From NCBI RefSeq assembly GCF_009914755.1, contig NC_060930.1: a stretch of 64,000 nucleotides of DNA. One strand, written 5' to 3'. Below the pieces are notes generated by a model that saw only the letters and a list, made by a program, of their open reading frames with translations, made no database searches and was not told the origin of the DNA. Positions 42,182 through 59,184 of this stretch are shown piece after piece. Source of the DNA: the human T2T-CHM13v2.0 reference genome, Homo sapiens. Position numbers and translations under genes: made by a program. Positions within the stretch are counted from its first letter, which is position 1. Each line of letters opens with the position of its first letter.

Positions 42182-42632
42182 TGTAGTGGGTTGACTAGTG
42201 TCTCCCCAAAATTCATGTCTGTCCAGAACCTTGGAAATAAGATTCTAAATAAGTTTCTAAATTTGGAGATTTAACTAGGTTGTGATTAGTAAAATACCTC
42301 AATATGAAATTATCCTGGGTTTAGGGTAGGTTCTAAATCCAGTGATTGGTATCCTTATAAGAAGAGGAGAAGACAAAGAGAAAAACACAAAGAGCAGAAA
42401 GCAATGCAAAGATGGAGGCAGAGATTGGAGTGATGTGTCTACTACCACAAGAAACAATAAGGATTGCCCACAACCACCTAAAGCTAGGAGAAAGGCATTA
42501 GATGGATTCTGTCTCACAGCCTGTAAGAAGGAACCAGCCCTGCTGACATTTTGATTTTGGATTTCTGGTCTTCCGAACTGTCAGCCATCAATTTGTGGTA
42601 CTATCTCACAGAAGCCCTAGGAAGTTAACACA
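42182..42632 (+). mobile_element. MaLR LTR (MLT1B/C-like)
   Basis: tgtagtgggttga...ccccaaaattcatgtc; gatggaggcagagattggagtgatg; ctaggaagttaacaca end. Confidence 0.85.
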
Positions 42633-42705
42633 GTCCTTTCCTGTTGTCCCTTTTTATGTGAAATTCATTTTCCTGGAATTTCAGGAGACTTGGTTCAGAT
42701 GGCTT

Positions 42706-42834
42706 TTCTTTTTCTTTTAGAGACAGAATCTCACTGTGTCACCCAAGCTGGAGTGCAGTGGTGCAATCATGGCCATCCTCCTGCCTTGACTTTCCAATGT
42801 GTTGAGATTACAGGCGTGAGCCACTGCCCCCGGC
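42706..42834 (-). mobile_element. Internally deleted Alu
   Basis: Both Alu ends present with the middle missing; TSD-like agatggcttttct / aggtgacttttct. Confidence 0.85.
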
Positions 42835-43571
42835 TCTGAGGTGACTTTTCTAACTTCACAGAGCTCTTGCTCCTGTTGCGTGTATGTGTTCAATAGTATG
42901 GCAACTTGATTTCTGAGATTTCCCACCTCTGTGGCCCTACTTTTATTTCGATCTTCCCTTTCCTTCATATTCTGTTTAGTTTTGATTTTTGGGTCCCTGT
43001 CCTAGAATGAGGCCCTGGCTGCCCAGTGTTGAGAGTTCATGGAGGTAGCCTGCTTTGGCCTCTTCAGGACTCTATATGGACCTCTTGCACCCACTTGCTA
43101 CCAGATTGGGCAAAATTTCAAGTTTTAGCTGCTGGTCACACATGGGCACGTCACATTTTCAAATGAATACCTATTGACTATTTTGGTTATTTTCTTTCTC
43201 CCTCACAGAGGCTGTTGTTTTTTTGTCCATACCCTCTTATTCTAGAGTTTGTGGGAAACCTTGTCATAATGTTTTGTATTAAATGTTGTCTGTGGGTTTT
43301 TGGTTTTGCTATATAATTGCCCTGTCTGTTTTTGAAAGAGGAGATTCAGGAACATTAAAAAATAAAAAAATTATATAGTCAATCACTGCCATCAATGTCC
43401 AAGGATTCCTTATGTCTAAATTTAACTGTAAACAGTTCCAGTTTGCACTATGGTGCTTTCCATTTAGCTAACATACATCTCCATGTATCATTTAATCATT
43501 GAATAATATCACTCCCTACCCTGGATACTTTCCTGAATTGAAGCAAGTGTGTTTTAGTATTTTTTGAAAAA

Positions 43572-43750
43572 AGTGTGGTGCTGCATGTATGTAGTCCCAG
43601 CTACTTGGGAGGCTGAGGCAGGAGGATTGTTTGAGGCCAGGAATTCAAGGCTGCAGTGTACTACTATTGCACTTGTGAATAGCCACTGGACTTCAGCCTG
43701 GGCAGTATAGTGAGACCTTGTCTCTAAAAAACCAAACAAGCAAAAAAACA
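43572..43750 (+). mobile_element. FAM (fossil Alu monomer)
   Basis: Monomer with the 7SL-type gtgaatagccactg segment. Confidence 0.8.
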
Positions 43751-44421
43751 CAAAAATGAACTAAAACAAACAATAAAAGAGTAGTTGGTAACTTGAAATA
43801 TTTAAAATATACTTAAAAGTTGGGTTTGGGATTTTAAATGGCTCATATAATCCCTGACTATTGTTGTACTTGATAGGAACATCTGCTATTTCTTTCTTCC
43901 CTCCCTTATTATTTTTAAATACAATTTTTGCTTTTTACCTGAATAGACATTTCTATAAAGAAAACATAAAAATGGACAAAAGATATGTGAAAAGGTGCTA
44001 AATATCATTAATTATCTGAGAACAACAAATCAAAACCACTCTGAGATACCATCTCATATCTGTTAGTATGGCTATTATCAAAATTCAGAAGATAAATGTT
44101 GATGAGGCTGTGGAGAAAAGGAAGCCCTTGGACAATGCTGATGGAAATGTAGACTGGTATAGCCATTATGGAAAGCAGTTTGGAGGTTTCTAAAGAAATT
44201 AAAAATGAAACTACTATATGACCCAGCAATCCTTCTGGGCATGTACCTAATGGAAAAGAAATCACCACCTTGTGAAGATACCTGCACTCCTACATTCATT
44301 GCAGCATTATTCACAATAGCCAAGATACAGAAACAACTCAAGTGTCTGTTGATGAATGAATAGATAAAGAAACTATGGTATATTTATGCAATATTATTCA
44401 TCTTTAAAAAAGGAGACTCTT

Positions 44422-44820
44422 GCTGGGCATAGTGGCTCATGCCTGTAATTCCAGCACATTGGGAGGCCAAGGTGGGCAGATGACTTGAGCTCAGGAGCTG
44501 GAGACCAGGTTGGGCAATATGGCGAAAACTTGTCTCTACAAAAAATGCAAAAAAAAAAAAAAAATTAGCTGGGCATGGGGTTGCGTGCCTATATAGTCCC
44601 AGCTCCTCGAGAGGCTGAAGTGGGAGGATCGCTTGAGCCTAGGGGGCTGAGGTTGCAGTGAGCCAAAGTCACGCCACTACATTCCAGCCTGGGTTACAGA
44701 GTGAGACTCTGTCTCAAAAAAATAGAATGGAATAGAATGGAATAGAATAAAATAAAATAAAATAAAATAAAATAAAATAAAATAAAATAAAATAAAATAA
44801 AATAGCAAAATAAAATAAAT
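44422..44820 (+). mobile_element. Alu (AluJb-like) with pentanucleotide tail
   Basis: Dimer; AAGGAGAC on both flanks. Confidence 0.94.
44723..44820. repeat. Compound pentanucleotide repeat TAGAA/TGGAA/(TAAAA)11
   Basis: TAGAA TGGAA TAGAA TGGAA TAGAA then 11 TAAAA units. Confidence 0.97.
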
Positions 44821-45108
44821 AAGGAGACCCTGCTATTTGCACAACATGGATCAACCTGGAGGACATCAAGCTAAGTGAAATAAGCCAGACACAAAAAAAT
44901 ATTGCATGATCTCATTTATATGTGCAATCTGAAAAAAAAGTCATTTATACAGAGATAAAAAATTAAACAATGGTTACAAGGTTGGTGCAGGAGGCAGAGG
45001 AGGGGAGGAAATGGGGAGATGTAGGTCAGAGGATACAAACTACTAGCAGGTATGTAGAATGAGCAAGACTAGAGGTCTCATGTACAACATGGAGACTATA
45101 GCTAATAA

Positions 45109-45409
<301 letters not shown>

Positions 45410-46104
45410 CTTGTTAAATGAGTAGATTTTAGATGCTCTTGCCACAAAAACAAGAACAAAGGTAAGTATGTAAAATGATAGATATGTTAATTTGCTCTAC
45501 TATAGTAGCCATTTTACTATCTCTATGCATCCTATAACATTATGTTGTATACTTTAAATATACACAATAACATTTATTTTTTAAAAAGCATTGTTTCCTT
45601 TGTTCATAAATGGCAGATAAAAATATATTTTTCCTTTTATACATGCAGATTGTTTGAAAATTTATAGTTAAACATAAAGCTGTTTAAACACTAGTCTACT
45701 TCTGTCCCTAATCTCCATTTTCTTGATTCCAGAAAAAATAATTTTCATTTCTTATAATAGCCGATTCTTTGTCTATTGACCTCATATCACTAAATTACAT
45801 TTTTATATTGCTCCTTCCTATTTTGTTTTTAGGCATTATTTCCTGACTTTCAGACAAGACTTTAGCTGTTTTTTTAATCACCTGGTGGCCTTCCTCATCC
45901 CAAGCCTCATACTTGCACTCTTCCTGTTTCCTCACCTCCCTATTTAGTTATATGATACTTTTGCTTCAATAAAAATATCTTGTTAGATCACTATCTGCAT
46001 TGTTAGGACAATTTAAATGTTACTCACAACTTCCTCCACTGAGTTAATAATAGTCTTGTCATTTGTTTACTTGGTTTTCCATGTCCTTATCAATTTACAC
46101 TGAT

Positions 46105-46162
46105 TCTTTTATTTTATTTTTATTTTTATTTATTTATTTAGATAGGTGATAGATAGAAAGAT

Positions 46163-46210
<48 letters not shown>

Positions 46211-46345
46211 AAGAAAGAAAGAAAGAAAGAAACAGGGTCTCACTATGTTGCCCAGGCTGGTTTTGAACTCCTGGGTTTAAGCAATCCTCCTGCTCCAACC
46301 TCTCAAAATGCTCGGATTACAGATGTGAGCCACTGCACTTGGCCA
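46105..46345 (-). mobile_element. FLAM_C containing a compound STR
   Basis: T-rich tail, STR, then monomer. Confidence 0.85.
46140..46232. repeat. Compound (GATA)n(GAAA)n tetranucleotide STR
   Basis: About 11 uninterrupted GATA units followed by about 6 GAAA units. Confidence 0.97.
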
Positions 46346-46572
46346 AATTTAAACCAAGAGTCTATCGGTTGTCAAATGTGTTTAGATTCATGAGATCATA
46401 CATTGCCCTCATCTTGGAGGCCTCTAGCCTGAAGCCCTTTTGGCTCCTCTGATTGTCATTGGCTGCCCTATGTATCTGGTACACAGCTATAGATCTGGGA
46501 TATCCCATCACCATTCATTTGGAAATTCCCTTCTCACTTCTGAATCAGATCTTTTATTTCTTGCATCCAGCC

Positions 46573-46648
46573 TTTCTTATTTATTTATTTATTTATTTAT
46601 TTATATTTTTTTGAGACTGGGTCTCACTCTATTGCCCAGACTGGAGTG
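46573..46648 (-). mobile_element. Alu 3' stub
   Basis: (TTTA)n tail plus about 35 nt of Alu 3' end. Confidence 0.75.
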
Positions 46649-46942
46649 AAATACTCTATTTCCTGATTTGTCTCTCTTCCAAGTTGTTTCTCTTGCTTTC
46701 TCTCTTCTCTCTGCATTTCTCAGATGTCTTGCAAGCCCTGGTGGACTGCTTTTGATTGAGAATGGAGATTAAAAAGCTATATGGTGGCTCTGAGTTCAAA
46801 GGTGGGTCTTAACTTTGAGATTCACAGACAGGATTACTTAATTGAGTAATTTTTCAGAGTCTTTAAGTCTTTTTCTCTTCTAAAATCTGTTGGAACATAC
46901 AGTGGTGATAGTGGTGGTGATATGTCAACATTCATCACTTAG

Positions 46943-47290
<348 letters not shown>

Positions 47291-47603
47291 TGAACAGTAC
47301 CCTTGTCCTCAGCTGGGCTTTCTGTACTACAGTTAAGGTAGCTTCTGTTTTAGCCTTTCTTGAGAATAAACCTTCAATCTCCTGTTAGAGAGTGAGAGGA
47401 CTAGCCCCCAAGGAACAGGGGATAGAGAAAAAGATCTAGAAATCTAGCTTTTCAAACTCCTTTCACATATTTTGCCTTGTAGTTCTGTCCCCTCTATTCC
47501 CCCTTTCCAGAGATAAAGTCTAATTCCTGAGCTAAATGGAAATTCTCATTTTTTTCTCCTCCATTGTGAGGTTATGCCTTAAAAAAAATCCTTTCATCAT
47601 AGT

Positions 47604-47911
47604 TTTTGTTTGTTTTTTTGCTTGTTTTTGAGACAGGGTCTTGCCCTGTCACCCAGACTAGAATAGAGTGGAGTGATCTCGGCTCACTGCAACCTCCAAC
47701 TCCTGGGTTCAAGCAATTCTCCTGCCTCAGCCTCCTAAGTAGATGGGACTACGGGCATGTGCCACCACACCCAGCTAATTTTTGTAGTTTTAGTAGAGAT
47801 GGGGTTTCACCATATTGTCCAAGCTGGTCTTGAACTCCTGGCCTCAAGTGATTCACCCTCCTCGGCCTCCCAAAGTGCTGACATTACAGGCATGAGCCAC
47901 TGTGCCCAGCC
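47604..47911 (-). mobile_element. Alu (AluSz/Jb-like)
   Basis: TSD ctttcatcatagtttt / ctttcatgatagtttt. Confidence 0.95.
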
Positions 47912-48285
47912 CTTTCATGATAGTTTTAATGGAGATTCAGGAGTGAGAAAAATTAGACATAGCTCCACTAAACTCCCACCCAAATGGTGGCTCTGAAGTT
48001 TTAAGATGTATTTTGAATCCATTAATTCATAATACTTTGTATTGGCATTGTAAGATTTCACTTTCTTGAAGTAAAGTGATTTCTGTCTCTTCTATGAAAA
48101 TCTTCCTAAAGAAAATTCTGGGTCTTGTTAGAAATTTGTATTTTTCTGCTCTCAGCAAGTTATACTGCATATTGCACTTAATACTAAAAAAGGATAAAAT
48201 ACAAACTTTTATTATATAAATGTTGAGTTTTTTCTCTTTACTCTTGGTGATTTGCACATTCATTCACCTTTCTTTCCATCTACAT

Positions 48286-48508
48286 TAGTGGTTCTACCCA
48301 AGGGTGATTGTATCCTCTCGGGTACATTTGGTGATATCTGGGGACATTTCTGGTACATTTTTTTGTTGTCGTAACAGAGAGCTGCTACTGGCATCTGTCG
48401 GATAGGGACCAGGCATCCTGTAAAATCTGCCAAATTTCACAAGATAGCACTCTCTGGCTAAAAATTGTCTGACCCAAAATGTGAATAGCGCTGAGGTTAA
48501 GAAACTGC
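48286..48508 (+). mobile_element. MER20 (hAT-Charlie MITE)
   Basis: agtggttct start, gctactggcatct, gacccaaaatgtgaatagcgctgaggttaagaaac end. Confidence 0.85.
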
Positions 48509-48511
48509 TTT

Positions 48512-48753
48512 CAACTGCATTCTCAACAAAGGTGATAATCTCCCCAAGGAGGCAAAAAGTGTTTCTTCAGGTTGGATGGTAGTGGGGGGCATTATTAACT
48601 ACGATGGTTTGTGACCCTTCAAGGGGTCACAGTGTAAAAACAGATACATAATGTAACTGGTATCAAAATTTCATGGCAGAGACAACTACGGGGAAAAAAA
48701 CCACTAAAATTTTTTTTAGGGGAGAAATAGTGAAATAAGGCCAAGAAACACTG
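48512..48753 (+). mobile_element. MER20B-like hAT fragment
   Basis: ttctcaacaaaggtgataatctccccaaggaggcaaaaa...agaaacactg. Confidence 0.55.
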
Positions 48754-49034
48754 CTTCAAACTGAAGAAGGTTTTGTTATTATTACCAGACAGGTTTGGCA
48801 GAACTGTGTTTGAGGTCCAGAATCAAGAGGAAGCTGGGAAGAAGAGAAGAACAATGAAATAAAGATTTAAGACTAGTGGAAGAGATTTTCTATATTATTT
48901 TGGAAAAGAGAGATACTGAAGAAAATGCACGGAGGTAAATGGGGCAAAAAAAGAATATAACGTGTATTATTCTAAAGAAAATTATGTGCCCTTTTCATGG
49001 TATTTGGGAAATTAAAATAAATACCTTGAATTAT

Positions 49035-49162
49035 TTCCTTCCTTCCTTCCTTCCTTCCTTCCTTCCTTCCTTCCTTCCTTCCTTCCTTCCCTTCCTTCCT
49101 TCCTTCCCTTCCTTTCCTTTCTTCCTTCCCTTTCTTCCTTTCTTTCCTTCTTTCCTTCCTTC
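49035..49162. repeat. (TTCC)14 plus degenerate pyrimidine tract
   Basis: 14 perfect units at 49035-49090, then imperfect units. Confidence 0.98.
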
Positions 49163-49420
49163 TTTGTCTCACTCTATTGCCCAGGCTGGAGTGCAATGGC
49201 ATCATCATCACAGCTCCCTGCAGCCTCAAACTCCTGGGCTCAGGTGATCCACCTGCATCCACCTCCCACATAGGTGGAATCACAGGCATTCACCACCATG
49301 CCTGGCTGATTTGTTTTGTATTTTTCTGAATGCATGGGTTTTCGCCATGTTGCCCAGGCTGGTCTTGAACTCCTGGGTTAAAGCAATCCTCAACGCCTCG
49401 GCCTCTCAAAGTACTGAGAT
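49035..49420 (-). mobile_element. AluJ, 5'-truncated, with (TTCC)n tail
   Basis: TSD CCTTGAATTATTT on both sides. Confidence 0.92.
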
Positions 49421-49654
49421 CCTTGAATTATTTTATAAGTTGCTTTAGATGCCAATCAATGCTTTTTGACAATCGCCTGGTTCTCCTACGGAACTGCATG
49501 TGTTTTGGAGCCAGTAGTGTTAAATAATAATAGCTGCTCATTATTAAAGATCAATTTAAAAATAATTCTGCCAAATAGAAGTATGACTCCTAATTTTTCA
49601 ATAGAAATATTCTGTCTGAAGTCACAGAGCTTTCACAGACTCCACCTCAGTCTT

Positions 49655-49860
49655 CCCTAAGTTCCAACTGGACTTGGAATAAATCTGGCTTGACCAGTTA
49701 CTAGCTGTGTGGCCTTGGAGATGCCATTTGCTATCACTGAGCTTAAATTTATTCATTTGAGGAGAAAGGAGATAAGAATCCTTTTTTCCAGAGCTGCTGA
49801 TGAAAGTATTACAGATGATATATGCAAAATGCCTTAACCCCAAAAATGAGAGCTATAATA
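49655..49860 (+). mobile_element. MIR
   Basis: ttactagctgtgtggccttgg...ctgagcttaaatttattcatttg. Confidence 0.7.
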
Positions 49861-50512
49861 ATGTTATTTAAAAATTACATCTAAAGGAAAAGGTTTTTTA
49901 CATAAAGCATTTTACTGTTATGTCACCCTGCATATTTATTCAATTGAACTATACAATCTCTTTATGACTTGATGCAGAGAAGCCTAATATAATAATAGAT
50001 ATCATCAAAATAAAAAAACCTCATTATTTAAAAATAATACGCCTAGCAGTAATTCAACCATTTTCTTTCATCAGATAAAGCATATTTGTTCCCAAGTTCT
50101 TAAAACTCTTGAAAAATCTTCAAGAGCTCTAAAATAATGATAGTATTACATATAAAACCTCCATTGAGTAGCTACTCAGGAAAATTGCTTCCCTTTTTGA
50201 ACTTCACCAGTATTTATTAAATTAACATTTGTTATTAATTATACATTATTCTTATTTTTATTTTTTCAATCATTCAACCCAAAATGTCATAATCACACAT
50301 TTTAAATACACTTTTGGAAATTCTACTTTTGCAATTTTCTATTGCAAAATAGAGTCTATGTCTTTTATTTCTATGCACCCCTTCTTTATAGCACCCAAGC
50401 TTCAGCACCATGGTAGATGTATAGGTGTGTTTATATTTGATACATTAGTTAATTAATATAGGTCTCTTATCTGGGGATATAATCTCTTCCCTTGTGGGAG
50501 TAAAATTCTTTT

Positions 50513-51113
50513 TTTATTATACTTTAAGTTCTAGGGTACATGTGCACAATGTGCAGGTTTGATACATAGGTATACATATGCCATGTTGGTTTGCTGCACC
50601 CATCAACTCATCATTTACATTAGGTGTTTCTCCTAATGCTATCCCTCCCCCAGCCCTCCACCCACCGACAGGCCACAGTGTGGGATGTTCCCCACCCTGT
50701 GTCCAAGTGATCTCATTGTTCAGTTCCCATCTGTAAGTGAGAACATGTGGTGTTTGGTTTTCTGTCCTTGTGATAGTTTGCTCAGAATGATGGTTTCCAG
50801 CTTCATCCATGTCCCTGCAAAGGACATGAACTCATTCTTTTTTAAGGCTGCATAGTATTCTATAGTGTATATGTGCAACATTTTCTTAATCCAGTCTATC
50901 ATTGATGGACATTTGGGTTGGTTCCAAGTCTTTGCTATTGTGAATAGAGTCACAAGAAACATACATGTGCATGTGTCTTTATAGTAGCATGGTTTATAAT
51001 CCTTTGGGTATATAACCAGTAATGGGATTGCTGGGTCAAATGGTAATTCTAGTTCTAGATCCTTGAGGAATCATCACACTCTCTTCCACAATGGTTGAAC
51101 TAATTTACACTCA
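50513..51113 (-). mobile_element. 5'-truncated L1PA7-like element
   Basis: L1 3' UTR plus ORF2 C-terminus ([17 protein letters not shown]); TSD gtgggagtaaaattctttt / gtgagagtaaaattctttt. Confidence 0.93.
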
Positions 51114-51334
51114 GTGAGAGTAAAATTCTTTTACAAGAATATCAGAAATCAAGATTTGTTTAGAAGCAGAATATTGAAAACATGATTGAATTGCTACAGT
51201 ACAACTTAATGCAAGATAGTAAGCTCACCAGGGCCTAATTCACCAATGCACCACAGCCAACTGGTCAACTTGGTCAACTCGCATTGTACAATATGCTTGT
51301 GCTAATTACTTTAGAATTCAATATGACCTCTGGT

Positions 51335-51980
<646 letters not shown>

Positions 51981-53164
51981 TTATACACCTTAGCAAGTTG
52001 TAGGCACCTGAAAACTTGGGTACAGCAGTGAAGTAAACAATGAGGAGCAGTCTACATCAATTTGTGATTGGGATAGAGCAGTGAGTGTATTTATTGATGT
52101 GTCAGATGCATATACCGCTGATAATATGGCAGCTCCATGGCTCTGAGTATTTGACCTCTCCTCAAGTGTTACTGTATTGTTTCTAGTTCATTTCCACACA
52201 ACAGAATTTGCTTTTATTTTTAATTAATTAATTAATTATTTTGGTGCCGGGTTGAAAAAGCTCAGATTGAAGGGCACCATGTTAGTTTCAGTTCCATTAT
52301 GGGGACGGAGATAGCCCAAATCCAACAATCACAGTGTATGCTGTACAATTATTTCCAAGTGCTAATCTCAAGCCCTTGAAGCTATGGTGCAGCTGGACAT
52401 GACCTTGACAAGTTGAGGAATAATTTGATCATAGCAAAATCTAAAGACATTTGAGTCTGTATCCCGTGAGAAGTTGCTATTACAAAACCTTCTACTACAT
52501 TCCAAATACGTGTGTTAAAAGTCTAACATAGTTGCTAGATAATTAGTGAGACTGCATGCATTGGAATGGCAAAAACTATGCACAAAAGAAGCTTTATCAG
52601 ATCTCTGTTAAATAATTTGTCTTGTTCTAGATGTCATGAGAGGAGTCAGGATATCCTTATAAAAATTATAGAAGATATAAATGTTTATCTTTTAAAATGG
52701 CTATTCTGCATAATGTACCAATTAGCAATGATGACTATAAGTGAGAGTTTAGTTTTTGTGGAACAGGTAAAGGAGAAAGTAGTCATGAAGGAATTATTGA
52801 TAAGTGAGTCATGGCATCACACTATCTGTATAATCTTATCAGTTTCATCCCAGAGTGTAATATAATGCCTGCCATATGTGGTTATGAACTTATTTGTATT
52901 GCTGGGACTCCCATTATGCTAGAAAATAATCAGGATTCTGTGGCTGTATCACAAAAAAAAAATTATGTTTTTGACCACTGTTGTTTCAACATCATACACT
53001 TGCCTTTATGAAACTGTCTATATAAAACAGAATGATGTTCAATCTGTTGCAGTGAACACAGTAAAAGTCATCTGAAAGCATATTTTAAACCATTGCCTCT
53101 TTCTTGCTTTTAAAGAATAGTAATTTTGAGCATATTGTCTACCTTTTCCTTGAAGATAATAAAG

Positions 53165-53328
53165 CATTCATTCAACAAATACTAAAATATTTGTGAAGTG
53201 CCTTCAACATGCCAGGCACTGTTCTACGCCCCAGGGATGCAATAATAAAACAGAGAAAACCTGGCCCTCATGGAAACTACATTCTGGCAGAAGAGACTAA
53301 CAATAGGCAATACAAAATAAATAAAAAA
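53165..53328 (-). mobile_element. L2a, 3'-terminal part
   Basis: cattcattcaacaaata...tgccaggcactgttcta...gccctcatggaaactacattct. Confidence 0.85.
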
Positions 53329-53374
53329 GGCTGGCAGCAGTAGTGTGTGCCTGTAGTCCCAGCTACTTGTTGAA
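53329..53374 (+). mobile_element. Alu/FLAM 5' fragment
   Basis: ggctgg...gcctgtagtcccagctacttg, cut off by the THE1 LTR. Confidence 0.75.
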
Positions 53375-53739
53375 TGATATGGTTTTGCTCTGTGTCCCCA
53401 TCCAGATCTCATCTTGAATTAAACTCCCATAATTCCCATGCATTGTGGGAGGGTCTTCATGATAGGTAATTGAATCATGGGGGCTGGTTTCCCCTATACT
53501 GTTCTTGTGATAGTGACTAAGTCTCATGAGATCTGATGGTTTAATAAGGGGAAACCCATTTTGCTTGGCACTCATTTCTCTCTCTTGCTGCCGGCATGTG
53601 AGATGTGCCCTTCACCGTCTGCCAGGATTGTGAGGCCTCCCCAGTCACGTGGAACTGTAAGTTCAATAAACCTCATTCTTTTGTAAATTGCCCAGTCTTG
53701 GGTATGTCTTTATCAGCAGCATGAAAACAGACTAATATA
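53375..53739 (+). mobile_element. THE1B-like 5' LTR
   Basis: tgatatgg start; gtatgtctttatcagcagcatgaaaacagactaata end. Confidence 0.93.
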
Positions 53740-55092
53740 GTAAATTGGTACCAGAAGTGGGGTGTTGCTGAAAAGATACTCGAAAATGTGGAAGTAACTT
53801 TACAACTGGGTAACAGACAGAGGTTGGAATAGTTTGGAGGGCTCAGAAGAAGACAGGAAAATGTGGGAAAGGCTGGAACTTCCTAGAGACTTGCTGAATG
53901 GCTTTGTCCAAAATGCTGATAGCGATATGTACAATAAAGTCCAGGCTGAGGTGGTCTCAGATGGAAATGAGAAACTTGTTGGTACTGGAGAAAATGTGAC
54001 TCTTGTTATATTTTAGCAAAAAGACTGGTGGCATTTTGCCCCCACCCTGGAGATGTGTGGATCTTTGAACTTGGGAGAGATGATTTAGGCTATCTGCCAG
54101 AAAAAATTTCTAAGCATCAAAGCATTCAAAAGGTGTCTTGGGTGCTCTTAAAGGCATTCAGTTTTATAAGAGAAGCAGAGCATAAAAGTTTGGAAAATTT
54201 GAAGCCTGACAATGTTGATAGAAAAGAAAAACCCATTTTCTGAAGAGAAATTCAAGCTGGCTGCAGAAATTTGCATAAGTAACAAGGAGCCAAATTTTAA
54301 TCCCCAAGACAATGGGGGACATGTCTCCAGGGCATGTCAGAGGTCTCATAGCAGCCCCTGTCATCACAGGCTTGGAGGCTTAGGAGAAAATGGTTTCATG
54401 GGCTGGGCCCAGAGTCCCTGTGGTGTGTGCAGCCTAGGGACTTGGTGCCCTGCATTCCAGCTGCTCCAGCTGTGGCTGAAAGGGGCCAACATAGAGCTTG
54501 GGCTGTGGCTTCAGAGGGAGAAAGCCCCAACCCTTGACAGCCTCCATGCGGTGTTGATCCTGCAAGTGCACAGAAGTCAGGAATTGGGGTTTGGGAACCT
54601 CTGCCTGGATTTCAGAAGTTGTATGGAAACACAGGGAAGCCCAGGCAGAAGTTTGCTGCAGGGGCAGGGTGCTCATGGAGAACCTCTACTAGGGCAGTGC
54701 AGAAGGGAAACGTGGGGTTGGAGCTTCCACATAGAGTCCCTACCGGGGCACTGCCTAGTGGAGCTGTGAGAAGAGAGCCACCATCCTCCAGACCCCAGAA
54801 TGGTAGATCCACCAACAGCTTGCATTGTGGACCTGGAAATGCTACAGACACTCAATGCCAGCCCATGAAAGCAGCTGGGAGGGGGGCTGTACCCTGCAAA
54901 GCCACAGGGGTGGAGCTGTCCAACACAATGGGAACCCACCCCTTGCATCAGCATGACCTGGATATGAGACATGGAGTCAGGGAGATCATTCTGGAGCTTT
55001 AAAATTTGACTGCCCTGCTGGATTTCTGACATGGATGGGGACTGTGGCCCCTTTGTTTTGGCCAATTACTCCCATTTGGAATGACTGTATTT
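53740..55092 (+). mobile_element. THE1 internal region, 3'-truncated at the L1 insertion
   Basis: Starts gtaaattggtacc directly after the LTR; stops at cccatttggaatgactgtattt. Confidence 0.93.
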
Positions 55093-55307
55093 TATTTTAT
55101 TTTTTTATACTTTAAGTTTTAGGGTACATGTGCACAATGTGCAGGTTAGTTACATATGTATACATGTGCCATGCTGGTGTGCTGCACCCATTAACTCCTC
55201 ATTTAGCATTAGGTATATCTCCTAATGCTATCCCTCCCCCTCCCCCCACCCCACAACAGTCCCCAGAGTGTGATATTCCCCTTCCTGTGTCCATGTGTTC
55301 TCATTGT

Positions 55308-59121
<3,814 letters not shown>

Positions 59122-59184
59122 TATGATGTTAGCTGGTTATTTTGCTCATTAGTTGATGCAGTTTCTTCCTAGCCTCGATGGTCT

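Noticed and set aside
53834-55065. Overlapping 60-185 aa ORFs (also at 60830-61844)
   Set aside because: Degenerate MaLR internal sequence, fragmented across frames and strands.
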